DNA of 64,000 nt from Podarcis bocagei (taxonomy: Eukaryota): assembly GCA_964188305.1 (NCBI GenBank), contig OZ076889.1; one strand, 5' to 3'. Below, piece after piece: positions 13,201 through 24,410 of the stretch (positions are counted from its first letter, which is position 1; the number at the start of each line of letters is the position of its first letter). Made by a program: the position numbers and the translations under genes. The notes beneath the pieces are model-generated. The model searched no databases. It was not told the origin of the DNA and worked only from the letters and a program-made list of their open reading frames with translations.

Positions 13201-15017
13201 TGATTAGAGCTATGTATCACACAGGATACGAAACCCTCGCATCATTTGTTGTCTTCTTGCTTCTTTATGGACTGCATTTAGATATGTATTACTGTTGCGA
13301 GGATTCTTCTCAATTGATTAAGTGTCTTGGGTTCTAATAGCTCTCTATTTGTTTCGTTTTTTCAAAAATCCTGTCTACTGCCAATGGTTCCTGCTCCCCC
13401 CAAAAAACCTTTTCAACAAGAAAGCTGCTGTAGATGAATTGCTACTAAAATGAGAATTCTAAATCAAGCTAAAAATGCATTGCTTTTTCCTTGAATAAGA
13501 GTGTTATTGATTAAATTACAGAGGAATTGAGAGAACCCCACTTGACATTTCTCTCAATTATACTGCACAATATATGTTGATACTTCAAATAACCCAAGTC
13601 AGTCCTTTTAGGATTAATAAGCACATCAGAAGCACCACTTCCTACATCTGTGCATGATATTTTATTTTAAGCCTTGCTTGGACCCAGGAATTCAGTGGGA
13701 AATATTCAAGTGTTCCATTCATTAGCTGCACTGATTGAACTTGCAGTTTTTGTTTACTTTAGCAAACCCATCTGTCCCTGAAAATGCACAGTTGTACAAC
13801 TGTGCACTCACAGCCGACATATCACTAATAATTATGTTATCCTTGTCTTTATGCCACTGTTTTACTACTATTCATCCTAAGCAGGTGCAATCTTCCTCCT
13901 ACTGGTGGATTATGATGGAACACAATGCAACATGATTGTTTCATGTACCAGTCATGTCTTTGGCAGGAAAATGTTTCGTGGATAATGCCACTGTTAAAAA
14001 GTATATTTATTATAAAATATTGCGTACATTAGCTTGCAATTGAGACATGCTACATAAAGAATGACATGGCCAGCATTTTCTCCAAGGTGTATGCTTTTCC
14101 TTCTTAGCAAAATATTGCATTTTTTTATAGCTAGCCATTATTGGACAAAAGTTAGCTTATACATTCTCATCCCAATACTGAGTCCTTCATTTACTCTGAT
14201 AAATGTGCAAGCTTTCCAATTCATTTCAATGGAGAAAGCTGCTACGTGCATGCAATCCTATGTGCACAGAAATCAGCTCCGTTTGTTGCACTGCCTTGAC
14301 CAGAACAGATTGCTGTACTGGGATATCTATCTACAAGTATTTAATATACTCCTGCCTTGGAATTGAGTAAGTTGTATTAGCTAACCACCCCCCCCCACTC
14401 CATGTTTTTCTTTTATTGGGATGACGGGGCAAAGATTTCATAGAGATTTATGAATATTTGGTAAGATTCGCTTTGTAAACTAGGCTTCTGATTTGAGATT
14501 ATTGTATGGTGAAGAATTTCTGAGTGGGCTAAGTTTCTGGTGCTCACTTTTCTTCTTTTAATTGCTTACTGTGCTTTGTTTCTTCTTTCTAGAGTTTTGT
14601 GCTTATTTCTCTTAAGCAGATGTTTCACGTCAAGATTAAAAAGTCATTGCATTTCTCATTAATATCCAGCACTACAAAAGCACCCCCGCAAATACTAATA
14701 ATAATAACACAAACGAGCCACATCCCCTTATAAGAAAGAAGGGCAGGGCGCAATCAAATGGTGGGAATAGGAAATATAATATACATATAACACTTTTTTA
14801 CTATGTTATGAAGCCTCAGGAGAAGTTCCGTAGTTAAGACAACCTAGTTTTTCAGCACATCTCTCTGTTCTAAAGACTGAAACCTCCATTTTACACAGGT
14901 TCAAGTTGTTTTGTGTGACTTCTGAACAAAGTATCTATTTTTAAAGTTTTATCAACTGATTAAATTTCAGACAGATGTTTTAAAAAATAAATAAATAAAT
15001 AAGGTATGCTCCCTCAC

Positions 15018-15018
15018 T

Positions 15019-15065
<47 letters not shown>
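15018..15065. repeat. (TTTA)12 microsatellite
   Basis: Direct reading. Confidence 0.95.
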
Positions 15066-17117
15066 GCTAGCTAGCCATGGTGAATTGTGATGGCTTTTCT
15101 CCCTCCCCTCTCCACCCTCCACTCCCATTCAAAGAGATTCTTTCTTTTTCTTCTTGCTTTCCCATTGCTTTTGGTGCTTTAGCGAATGTCAAACATTTCA
15201 AGAATATTTGCAGGGGTCCCCCTTTTGCTGGTTTGATGAAAATTCATTTGGTATTTCTAAAGCGATGAGATCTCAGAAGTTTCCATTTCGATCAGTGGAA
15301 AGGGGAACAAGTTATATAGTGCATGCCATATAATGCTTGCTAAACCTCATTGTCTAAAAGTGACATACATAGCAAACTAGAAGCCATGCTGTTTCAGGAT
15401 AGAGAGGTGGATGGGGGTGGGGTGGGGGGAGAGATGGAGGGACCGACAGACGGACGGGCAGACGAGGAAGCTTCCCATCCAATACTGTCTCTCTTCAACC
15501 AGGATGCAACAGAGACTTAGATCTTAAGTATCCCCATTCCATTTGTGGAAGGAACTGTAGTCCATCAGATGTTCCCAGCACATCAGAAGTGGAACAGTAC
15601 TTTTTTGCCCATGTGCCCTTGCTCCTGCAGCCCCCTGTGCCACACCTCATTCTGCAGTGCAGCAGATTTTCAACGGGCAAAGGTGGTGCAGGTTAAAGGG
15701 GAAATCAGTTCAGGATAATCCTGTGAATGGAACTCAACCCTTGGGACTCTCCCGTTAGCAGAAGCTTAGTTGGCAGCTATAACACTGCTTATTTTCTGCT
15801 CCTCCAATCAGCTTTCCTGTTCTGTCAGGGAGATGGGAGAAAGCCTTCCCTTGAAAGGAAGGGGAAAGCAACGTATTCTCTCCTGGGGTGTGAGCTGGCT
15901 GCATAACTCTGAGCACAGAAGGATATATTTCCACTCTCTGCCAGGTTGAGTCTTCTCATCCTACATGAAGAGGGGAACCTCTTCTCTGAAGGTGTGGAAC
16001 CAGCTATTTGACTCAGGAAAGGGAGGAGGAAAAAAGCACTTTCTCATTTAGCTAGGGAAATCGCATACCGTAACCTCCCTGAAGGTTGCTTCCTTTAATT
16101 TGGCAACAGCCATTTCAAAAAGAGGCAGCCTGCAGATTCTGGAAAAGTGATCTTGCCTCCCGCATGGTGGAGTGGAGGAGGATCAGCCTGCTTGTGGAAG
16201 TTTATGTGAGCAGGAGAGAAATCAGTAGTGCCGTAGAATTAAGTAATAGAAGGTGTCATAGCTCAGTGGTGGAGCAGATCTGAGTGAAAGAGTGAATCTG
16301 TGTCTGTGAGGGGAAGGTGATGCTTGTGTTTGAACCTCACTTCCAACTTCAGTGTTCCTTACCAGCAAAACGAAAATGTCTTGCAGGATGTCTTCTAAAC
16401 GCTTGTCTGCTCTGCATGTACTCTGTTCTTCTTTGTGCTTGAGACACAGTTCGATGTTGACCTGCTGAGGTCTGATATAATGTGTGAATGGGCTTGCATG
16501 TGGCAAGGAACCTGCTGCTGCTGCACTTCTTACAACCAAGCAGGAAAGCACAGGAAAGGAGTCCTAAACTGAGCCTCTGTACAGATGTCCATTGTGCAAA
16601 ATTTCATACATACACACAAAAATAATCTAATTTAGTTGCTTTCTTTACTTTCCTTTTTAAAAGGAACCTCTAAAAACAAGAAATGGTTGGTTTAGCAGAA
16701 GAGTAAAAGCTGACAAATAACTCTTGGCCTGCAAAAGCATGGAAAACGTAAGAGTTTGGCTTTAATTTCTGTACCATGTAAGCAAAATGAGAGGTATGGT
16801 ACACCCCTGTTCAAAGGCTTTGGGTCCAATGGGATGTGTCCACTAGAGGAGAAGTGTAGCGATTTCTGACAATTTCTCTCTCTAGCAGCAGCCCTGAAAA
16901 TATGTTAGGGACGATCCCCTAGAACAGGGGGCTGCAGGAGCAAAATCAACAAAACACACCCCTCCTTGGTTAGCAGATACCATAAGACAAAGAGGACTGA
17001 TTTGATTCCACCCAGTTGGGATTGCTTACAGGTTCTGCAGCAAGGCTGAAAGATGAAGGGTGTGTACAGAGAGATAAGACTAGGGGCAGTCTTGTAAGGA
17101 TTTGGACATTAAACTAT

Positions 17118-17207
17118 AGATAGCTCAATTGGTAGAGCATGAAACCTTGAATTGGTTCAAGCCCCACATTGGGCAAAACTATTTCAACTCTACGATTCCA
17201 TGATTCT
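17118..17207 (+). mobile_element. tRNA-derived SINE with CR1-like tail, internally deleted
   Basis: A-box-like tagctcaattggtagagc, B-box-like ggttcaagccc, tail caactctacgattccatgattct. Confidence 0.7.
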
Positions 17208-17976
17208 AGGCTAATGTTCAAACTTTGCTGGTTTTACATTTGGTTCAATATGAGCAGAACTCTAAACCTTTCAAGAGCAAATATTTTATGAGCACTACCT
17301 CCCACATCTGTGTTGCTGCCAACTTGCAGAGGAAGAGAGAGACTTAAGCCTGAATGTTAAGGTGAACTGTGTGTGCAATTTGTAAGCAATCTATGAGATT
17401 GTACATCTTTACTACTTACATGGTGAGAAAGTTAACGCATCAACCTTAACTTGTGATTTTTATGATTTTTAAAGCACGGTTGACTTGTTGAAGCCTTCAC
17501 TCTTCTTAAACCAAAGGGTTTTTCTTATTTAAAAAATGTATATATAGTGACATACATAATATATCTATAATGTGCATATCATATTAATAGAAGGGGTTTT
17601 TTTAAAAAAAGATAAAGTTGACAGGATTTTGCTTGGGGCTTTGAAAAGGGAAGGATAGGTATATCATGCATTAGTCAAGTCTTTCATTATTTATTCAGGT
17701 TGACTAAGTGAAACTACATACGAGCATTTTCAGTACTGCCTCTTTAACCTACTAAAATGATTGATCCATGTTCACTTATGTAACTTTAGAATCTTTCTCC
17801 TGCTAGGTTTTCCTGTTGTCTGTTTCTCTCTATCCAATGTAGTGCACTTCTTATTCTCCCTGTGTTTAACATCTTGTGAACTAATTTAATCTTCGCCTAA
17901 TAGTCAATTTGTGTTAATCTTCTTCTTTTTTCCCTTGCACTTTTTTTTTTCATTTTTCTTCCGATGCTTGAAATAG

Positions 17977-17991
17977 AAGTGGAGCAAAAAG
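17977..17991 (+). CDS. ADGRL2: ADGRL2 15-nt micro-exon (KVEQK, latrophilin splice site A); 12-nt MEQK form possible via NAGNAG acceptor
   Basis: Long poly-Y tract, then aaatag|AAGTGGAGCAAAAAG|gtaaat. Phase 1/1; gives Y-KVEQK-VFVCPG, the known latrophilin lectin-olfactomedin insert. Confidence 0.93.
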
Positions 17992-18531
17992 GTAAATAAC
18001 GTATATAGTCCCAAACCCCCACCCCCAGCTCCTTGTTATGTGCCTTATGGATGTTAACCTCCTCCACCCCTTCCCTTCCCCACAACACTCTGGTAACTAT
18101 GGTGGTCAGCAGGATCTCATAAGCGCCCCTCATAAAGAAGTCGACTTTGCAGTAAACTGGCTGGGCTGCTGAACTGACTCGGCTACTTAAAGCAGGTGGC
18201 GGGATTTAGTGTCTGGTGTACCTGCTCCGGGACAGACGCTCCCTTTTGCTTTCTTCCTCCCTTTCTTTCTCTTTCCCTGTCTTTCTCTCACCCTTGACTA
18301 AATCTTGTTAATGAACCCTCATCTTGCTTGGCTTCCAGAACCCACTCCATAGCATGCCATAATTACAGGGGTCCCTGGTCTGTTTCATCCATCGCTTTGG
18401 TTGTCCTTTATTTTTTTGTTGCTCCTAATGAAGATCTGTGTATATATTTTACACACACACGGGTTACACACACACAAATAAACCCCAAAACTAAAAGCGT
18501 GCATATATATATCTATATATCTATATAGATA

Positions 18532-18712
18532 CATTCAAACTTCAGTTCCCGAACGCCTCCATTTTGGAACGTTTCGGCTCCCGAACATCCGACATGGATT
18601 CCAGTCTGCAAAAAGCCTAGCTGTCAGCCAATCAGAGGCCTTGGAATTCAAATGTTTCGGAAGTCGAATGTCCTTCCAAAATGGATTGTGTTCAACTTCC
18701 AAGGTTCCACCG
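18532..18712. mobile_element. Degenerate Tigger-like MITE (family C) in a TA-rich site
   Basis: Right end ttcaacttccaaggttccaccg|ta, decayed left end, internal ccgaac/gtttcgg repeats, TATA runs on both sides. Confidence 0.55.
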
Positions 18713-19155
18713 TATATATAGATATAATATCAAGGCACTGTTGTTTTCAACCTCACAGTTTATTAAAGTTCCTACAAGTTTTATGAGTTTAAATCCATTG
18801 AAGTGTTGTACACCAGTTGAAAGGTCTGGAGAATAAATCCTGTCTTCATCATAGATGCAAGCGTAGTTATCTGCTTCCAGATGCATAGATGCGCCATAGA
18901 TGCGACCTTGGGTGATATTAACGAAAACACTTCACATACTGGTTACTATGGTAACTTTAAGAAGCATGGATGACAAAGGGTAATACATGCATTAATTACA
19001 TATGAGCTACAAAGTATTGTTGCCAGTTAATTGGATCTTTTCTTCTTTATTGTCACTTGTGATTTTTTTACCTTGACTTTAATTGGTAGCATGCACATTT
19101 TATTTTATTGTTTTAAAAAATTAATCTTGTCTTGCTTCTTCTCTGCGACTGCTAG

Positions 19156-19956
19156 TTTTTGTTTGCCCTGGGACATTGAAAGCCGTTGTGGATTCCCCAA
19201 ATTTATATGAAGCGGAACAAAAGGCAGGTGCCTGGTGCAAGGACCCTCTTCAAGCTGCGGATAAAATATACTTCATGCCGTGGACGCCATACCGTACTGA
19301 TACTTTGATAGAATATGCTTCTTTAGAGGACTTCCAAAATGGACGCCAGCAGACGACATACAAACTTCCAAACCGAGTGGATGGTACTGGATTTGTGGTA
19401 TACGATGGTGCTGTCTTTTTTAACAAGGAAAGAACTAGGAACATTGTAAAGTTCGATTTGAGGACTAGAATTAAGAGTGGAGAGGCAATTATAAATTATG
19501 CCAACTACCACGACACTTCCCCTTACAGGTGGGGAGGGAAGACTGACATTGATTTGGCAGTTGACGAAAATGGCTTGTGGGTCATTTACGCCACGGAACA
19601 AAACAATGGGATGATAGTTATTAGCCAACTGAATCCTTATACCTTGCGTTTCGAGGCAACGTGGGAAACTACGTATGACAAACGGGCAGCATCTAACGCC
19701 TTTATGATATGCGGGGTTCTCTACGTTGTGCGGTCCGTATACCAAGACAATGAAAGTGAAACCGGCAAGAACTCAATTGATTACATTTACAACACTCGGT
19801 TATTCAGAGGAGAATATGTAGATATCCCTTTCCCCAACATGTATCATTACATTGCTGCTGTGGATTACAATCCAAGAGACAATCAACTGTATGTGTGGAA
19901 CAACAACTTCATCCTACGATATTCTCTAGAGTTTGGTCCCCCTGACCCCGCTCAAG
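19156..19956 (+). CDS. ADGRL2: ADGRL2 exon, olfactomedin domain ([14 protein letters not shown]...[13 protein letters not shown])
   Basis: Acceptor gactgctag|TT, donor CAAG|gtaagc, 801 nt. Corresponds to ORF 19176..19988. Confidence 0.98.
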
Positions 19957-20791
19957 GTAAGCATTCTTTATTATCTCTATTTCTTTAAATACTAGGCTAT
20001 TTTAATAGAGTGCTTGCTAATGAAACTAGCCGTCAGTGTATTTTGGCAATTAAAGTACCTGTTTTGTAATGAAACGAAACACAAAAATGGATTTAAAATT
20101 GTACCTGTGCCATCTTGTTCCATAGCAACACACCCAATGGTAAGTTTCAGCTCCACATTACTAGGTTCAAGACAATCTATCCATTTGGCTAGCATTGGTG
20201 TTTTTATCTGATTTTAGTCCTGAGTACAATATTTTTAAAAACTGTAAAACTATTTTGTGCCTGTGGCTGGGAAAGATGTGGTTTGAAAAACCTGATGCAG
20301 TTAGGTACAGTAGTTCTCAGCGTGGATGCTGCAAAGGTTTGCATTTTCCAAGTCTGCAGTTTGAGCCTGAAAAGAGGATTAGCCTCTATCTTTGTAACAT
20401 GCTATAACATCCCATAATTTCCCATTGGTGGAGCAAATGCAAGTCAGTGTATTCAATTTGAGAATAGCTATGGCTACCTAAAAGACTGCATCGTTATGTA
20501 AGCTGCCAACGAGTAGTCATTTGGGAACTTGTATCACTGAGGAAATGTCTCCAGTATGCACAACCGCGGGTGCACATACAAATATTAAATGCAGAGGATG
20601 TAGCTTTTGAAGACTGTTTTGGCAGTGGAATTAGGAAAAGATCCACCCCCACCCCCCTTGTAAGTTCACTAAAAACAATTTGCATTCCCGGAATGTTATT
20701 TTGGTTGTAGTCTCCAACAAAGCTGCTTTTAGTTACCTATTTTTTCACATGTTATTACTGGATATCTCTGTTCAGCTGTTACAAACTTTCA

Positions 20792-21033
20792 CAGTGGTAC
20801 CTCAGGTTACATACGCTTCAGGTTACATACGCTTCAGGTTACAGACTCTGTTAACCCAGAAATAGTGCTTCAGGTTAAGAACTTTGCTTCAGGATGAGAA
20901 CAGAAATCGTGCTCCAGCAGCGTGGCAGCAGCAGGAGGCCTCATTAGCTAAAGTGGTGTTTCAGGTTAAGAACAGTTTCAGGTTAAGTATGGACCTCCGG
21001 AACAAATTAAGTACTTAACCTGAGGTACCACTG
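20792..21033 (+). mobile_element. Tigger-like MITE family A, full copy
   Basis: TIRs CAGTGGTACCTCAGGTTA / TAACCTGAGGTACCACTG. TA on the right, CA on the left. Internal CTTCAGGTTA repeats, with an extra caggttacatacgctt unit relative to the 22005 copy. Confidence 0.88.
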
Positions 21034-22004
21034 TATTACTTTCATTGCGGGAGACTGAAGGCTGACTGCACGGTAGGAATACAGAAGTATTCTATGTAGA
21101 AGTATTTTATAGGAATGCAGTAGTACTGTATGTGATAATACTATATGGTCTCTATGTGGTTGTAATGTAGAAGCACTATGTAAATGTGCTATGTTGCCAC
21201 ATAATAAACATGTCACAGGACCATATAATCATACGGTAAGAATGCAGACATGCTGTATAAATGCCAGAAGCTGATTCTTACTAACATTAATATGATTTAA
21301 ATGCTTGTTTGAAGCATTTAACTCATATTAATGTTAGTAAGAATATACCTAATGAATTCCATTGGTGTGTAGTCCTGTGGCTGTTGGAAGGATGTTCTGT
21401 GGGCCATGGGATATCTCAGTTATCATCCCTCAGTTAGAGAGACAGAACTCCCAGTGCTGTAGACAGAAATCTGATGTCAGATTTCCTGCTCCCAACTAAA
21501 GGTTCTAGCACCCTGGCCCAAACATCAGATATGATAAAAAAGAGCTGGACCAGAGACATGCCAAGAGAGAACTAAGAAACAGCTGGTACCTGAAGGATCC
21601 CCAACCATTCTGGTCCCTTGATGCACTCCCAAACGAGAAAGAAATTTAGACACACTTTCTAACGGTGTCTAAATCTCTCTCATTTCTGTCCCATTGTTTC
21701 AGTGGGAAGAGGAAAGAACTAACATTTTTTTAAAAAAATGAAATAAAATAAAACACAGGAAATGGACAGAGGAATGCAATACCATTCCTACACTCCCTGA
21801 TGACTCAAATCATGCAGTGTTTGGGATATGGTGGTTGAACTTTTGGTTTTTTGCTCCCTCCCCACATTAGGCATGCATCATTAGAAATTCTCATTAAAAA
21901 AAACAACTTTAAGACTATGAGAACATTCATGCATATATTTTTTTAACGGAGGGGGAAATGGCTCAATTTTTGTCATATTTTAATAGTTAGCTTGTTGATG
22001 TGTA

Positions 22005-22230
22005 CAGTGGTACCTCGGGTTACATACGCTTCAGGTTACAGACTCCACTAACCCAGATATAGTGCTTCAGGTTAAGAAATTTGCTTCAGGATGAGAACAG
22101 AAATCGTGCTCCGGCGGCACAGCAGCAGCAGGAGGCCCCATTAGCTAAAGTGGTGCTGCAAGTTAAGAACAGATTCAGGTTAAGAACAGACCTCTGGAAC
22201 GAATTAAGTACTTAACCTGAGGTACCACTG
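22005..22230 (+). mobile_element. Tigger-like MITE family A, full copy
   Basis: TA|CAGTGGTACCTCGGGTTA ... TAACCTGAGGTACCACTG|TA. Confidence 0.9.
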
Positions 22231-24170
22231 TATATCCAGTGCCTTTGTAAAGTTAAATGATTTTAATACTTTAATATGTGATTTTGAGATTACGGTGAGA
22301 ATTTTTCTAATTCATTTTAGATGAATTAATTGGATTTAAAAGGTATGGATTGTGAGGATGTGAGCTTTAGAGTTCATCTCAAATTTTGCCCTTCATCTTC
22401 CATGAGCAAAACTGAACTGTCAGTCATTAAGGAAAAGAAAATCAACTAAAACACTTCTGCGAGCATCATTTATGCGGTCAGAGTTTATATAGGCTGCTTA
22501 GAGCGATGGGATATTTGAAAATGAGGGCATGAAGGTAGTATTTCTGGGCCTTTCTGCTTTGGGGAAAGGAAGTTGCCCTAACATGAAGTGCTTAATGATG
22601 TCATGGGGTCAGTGCCTCTGCAGCAGAAGTCATGGCCTCTTCTGTTGGAATGCCTAATTTGGGGCCATTACGGAAAACTCAGCAATCTTTGCCACTTCAC
22701 TTGTGATGGGAGCAGTAATGATATGTTGACCTACTCAATGAGCCCTCTGTCTTTCATCTCTCTGCCTTGTCAGCGCCTGACTGCATCATAGCTTCCTACC
22801 CCAAAAAGGGTTCAAACACTGTAGACTGTCTCGCCTTTTGAGTGAAACAAGTCCTTTGTCACATCCATCTGACTTGCCTTCCTGAGCTTAGATGTTATAT
22901 TCACTCCCAAGGCCGAACGTCATTCTTGACCCCAAACATGTGCGTTTTCCTGAGATAGAACAAGAGGTATTCCTTGTGTTCGCCATATTTCAGGGGCTGT
23001 GGCGTTGCCAGAACTTCCCCTCACCTTAGCCCTCTTATGGGTTCTAAAAGATGAGATGAACCTTCATAGATACCCTGCTGCAGAAATTCCACATTCCACG
23101 AGTTGAAAGGCAGCAGGAATGACAACAGGAGATGAGGCTAACACTTTGTCCCCACTAGTCTCCCTCCCGTGTTTATTGAACTCTTAAATGTCATGTCTGA
23201 AGAGGCTCCTTGATTTTTCCATTTCTGTAGTGCTGAAACTATACTATAACATGGTTTTGCAATCCCCTCCCAGCGTGCAATATCCATCACTCTTCATGCA
23301 TACCTTCATGGAATATAAAATGCTGTTTCCAAACCAGTCCTTTTAGGGGCTAAGGTATTTCTGTTAGGTATGGCACAATGGCATGCTTCTGCATTGCATC
23401 ATTTTGAGGATCTTATTGTCTTTGATTTTACAGCAGCTGACTGGGATTGGTTTGTTCTCGCTTGCATTTTGCTTCAGCTTGCTTTGTGATGACAAGGAGA
23501 CAATGTGGCCATAGTCTAGCAAGGTCCTCTGTGTGTATTTACTGCACCCACACACCAGACACGGTTTTATTTGCTGGGTTTTCAGCACACCTTTTCAACA
23601 CGTGCCAATGTGTTAGATACATGAGACGATCCAGTTGCAAACTTCATTAGCATTCTTTCCCAGCTTTCCCCTTCCCCTTAAATCAACCTATATCTATATA
23701 GCTGTTGAATAAACTATCACCAGGATAGTTTGCAGTGAACTCTGGACCCACACTGAGTAAGGTTTGCTCCCTCCCCCTGAACTTACCTAGTTTTGACGAA
23801 TCAAGTTTTGGGGCAGATGGAGGTGATGATTTTACAGAAACGAAAGTTCAATCTCCCTTGCAGCTGAAGAACTAGTTAAATAGTTCTTTGGATCTCATCC
23901 TGTACATTTCTCAAATATGACTGAAAGTTTTCCTTCTGAATTTACTGATAGCTGCTGACCTACTTGCCAACATTTTCAGATTTGAGAAAAGTATACTTGT
24001 AGTGTATTCCTATCCAAAGCTTCTCAGAGATAAGTTCCACTCAGTTCAATTAGAGATTCTTCCCTTGAAACACGTGTTAAGGTTTGCTTCCAAGGTCATT
24101 ATCCTATCATCACCTAATTTTTTGTCTGTTTTGTTCTACTGATATCCTGCTAAATTTATTGCCACTGAAT

Positions 24171-24410
24171 TATTATTTATTTATTTCATAAAATTTATGT
24201 ACCACTTGATTGTAGAAAAAACAACAACCAGTAAAGCAGTTTACAAAAAGATAAAACAATAAAATTATCACTAAAAAATGATAACCATAATTTTAAACAT
24301 GCATAAAGTTAAAACCACAATAGAATAGACTAAAGCAAAATCAAGACTCACACAAACTTTTTAAACATCCGGGTAGAATTGCCTATTGATATCAGGCAGC
24401 TGCTTTCACT
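24171..24410 (-). mobile_element. LINE (L2-like) 3' end fragment
   Basis: ttatttattt tail, then aaatttatgtaccacttgattg...aaagcagtttaca and an A-rich reverse 3'UTR. Boundaries approximate. Confidence 0.45.

Noticed and set aside
10051-13203. Cluster of 70-113 aa ORFs
   Set aside because: No recognisable domain, no splice-consistent frame, several non-ATG starts. Intronic noise.
14971-15003. 33-nt AG..GT-bounded candidate micro-exon
   Set aside because: In-frame TAA, weak pyrimidine tract, and mostly (AAAT)n sequence.
17118-17175. Possible tRNA gene
   Set aside because: The anticodon/variable region is deleted and a CR1-like tail follows, so it is a SINE head.
19250-19745. Antisense ORFs over the olfactomedin exon
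   Set aside because: Shadow frames of real coding sequence; no independent evidence.
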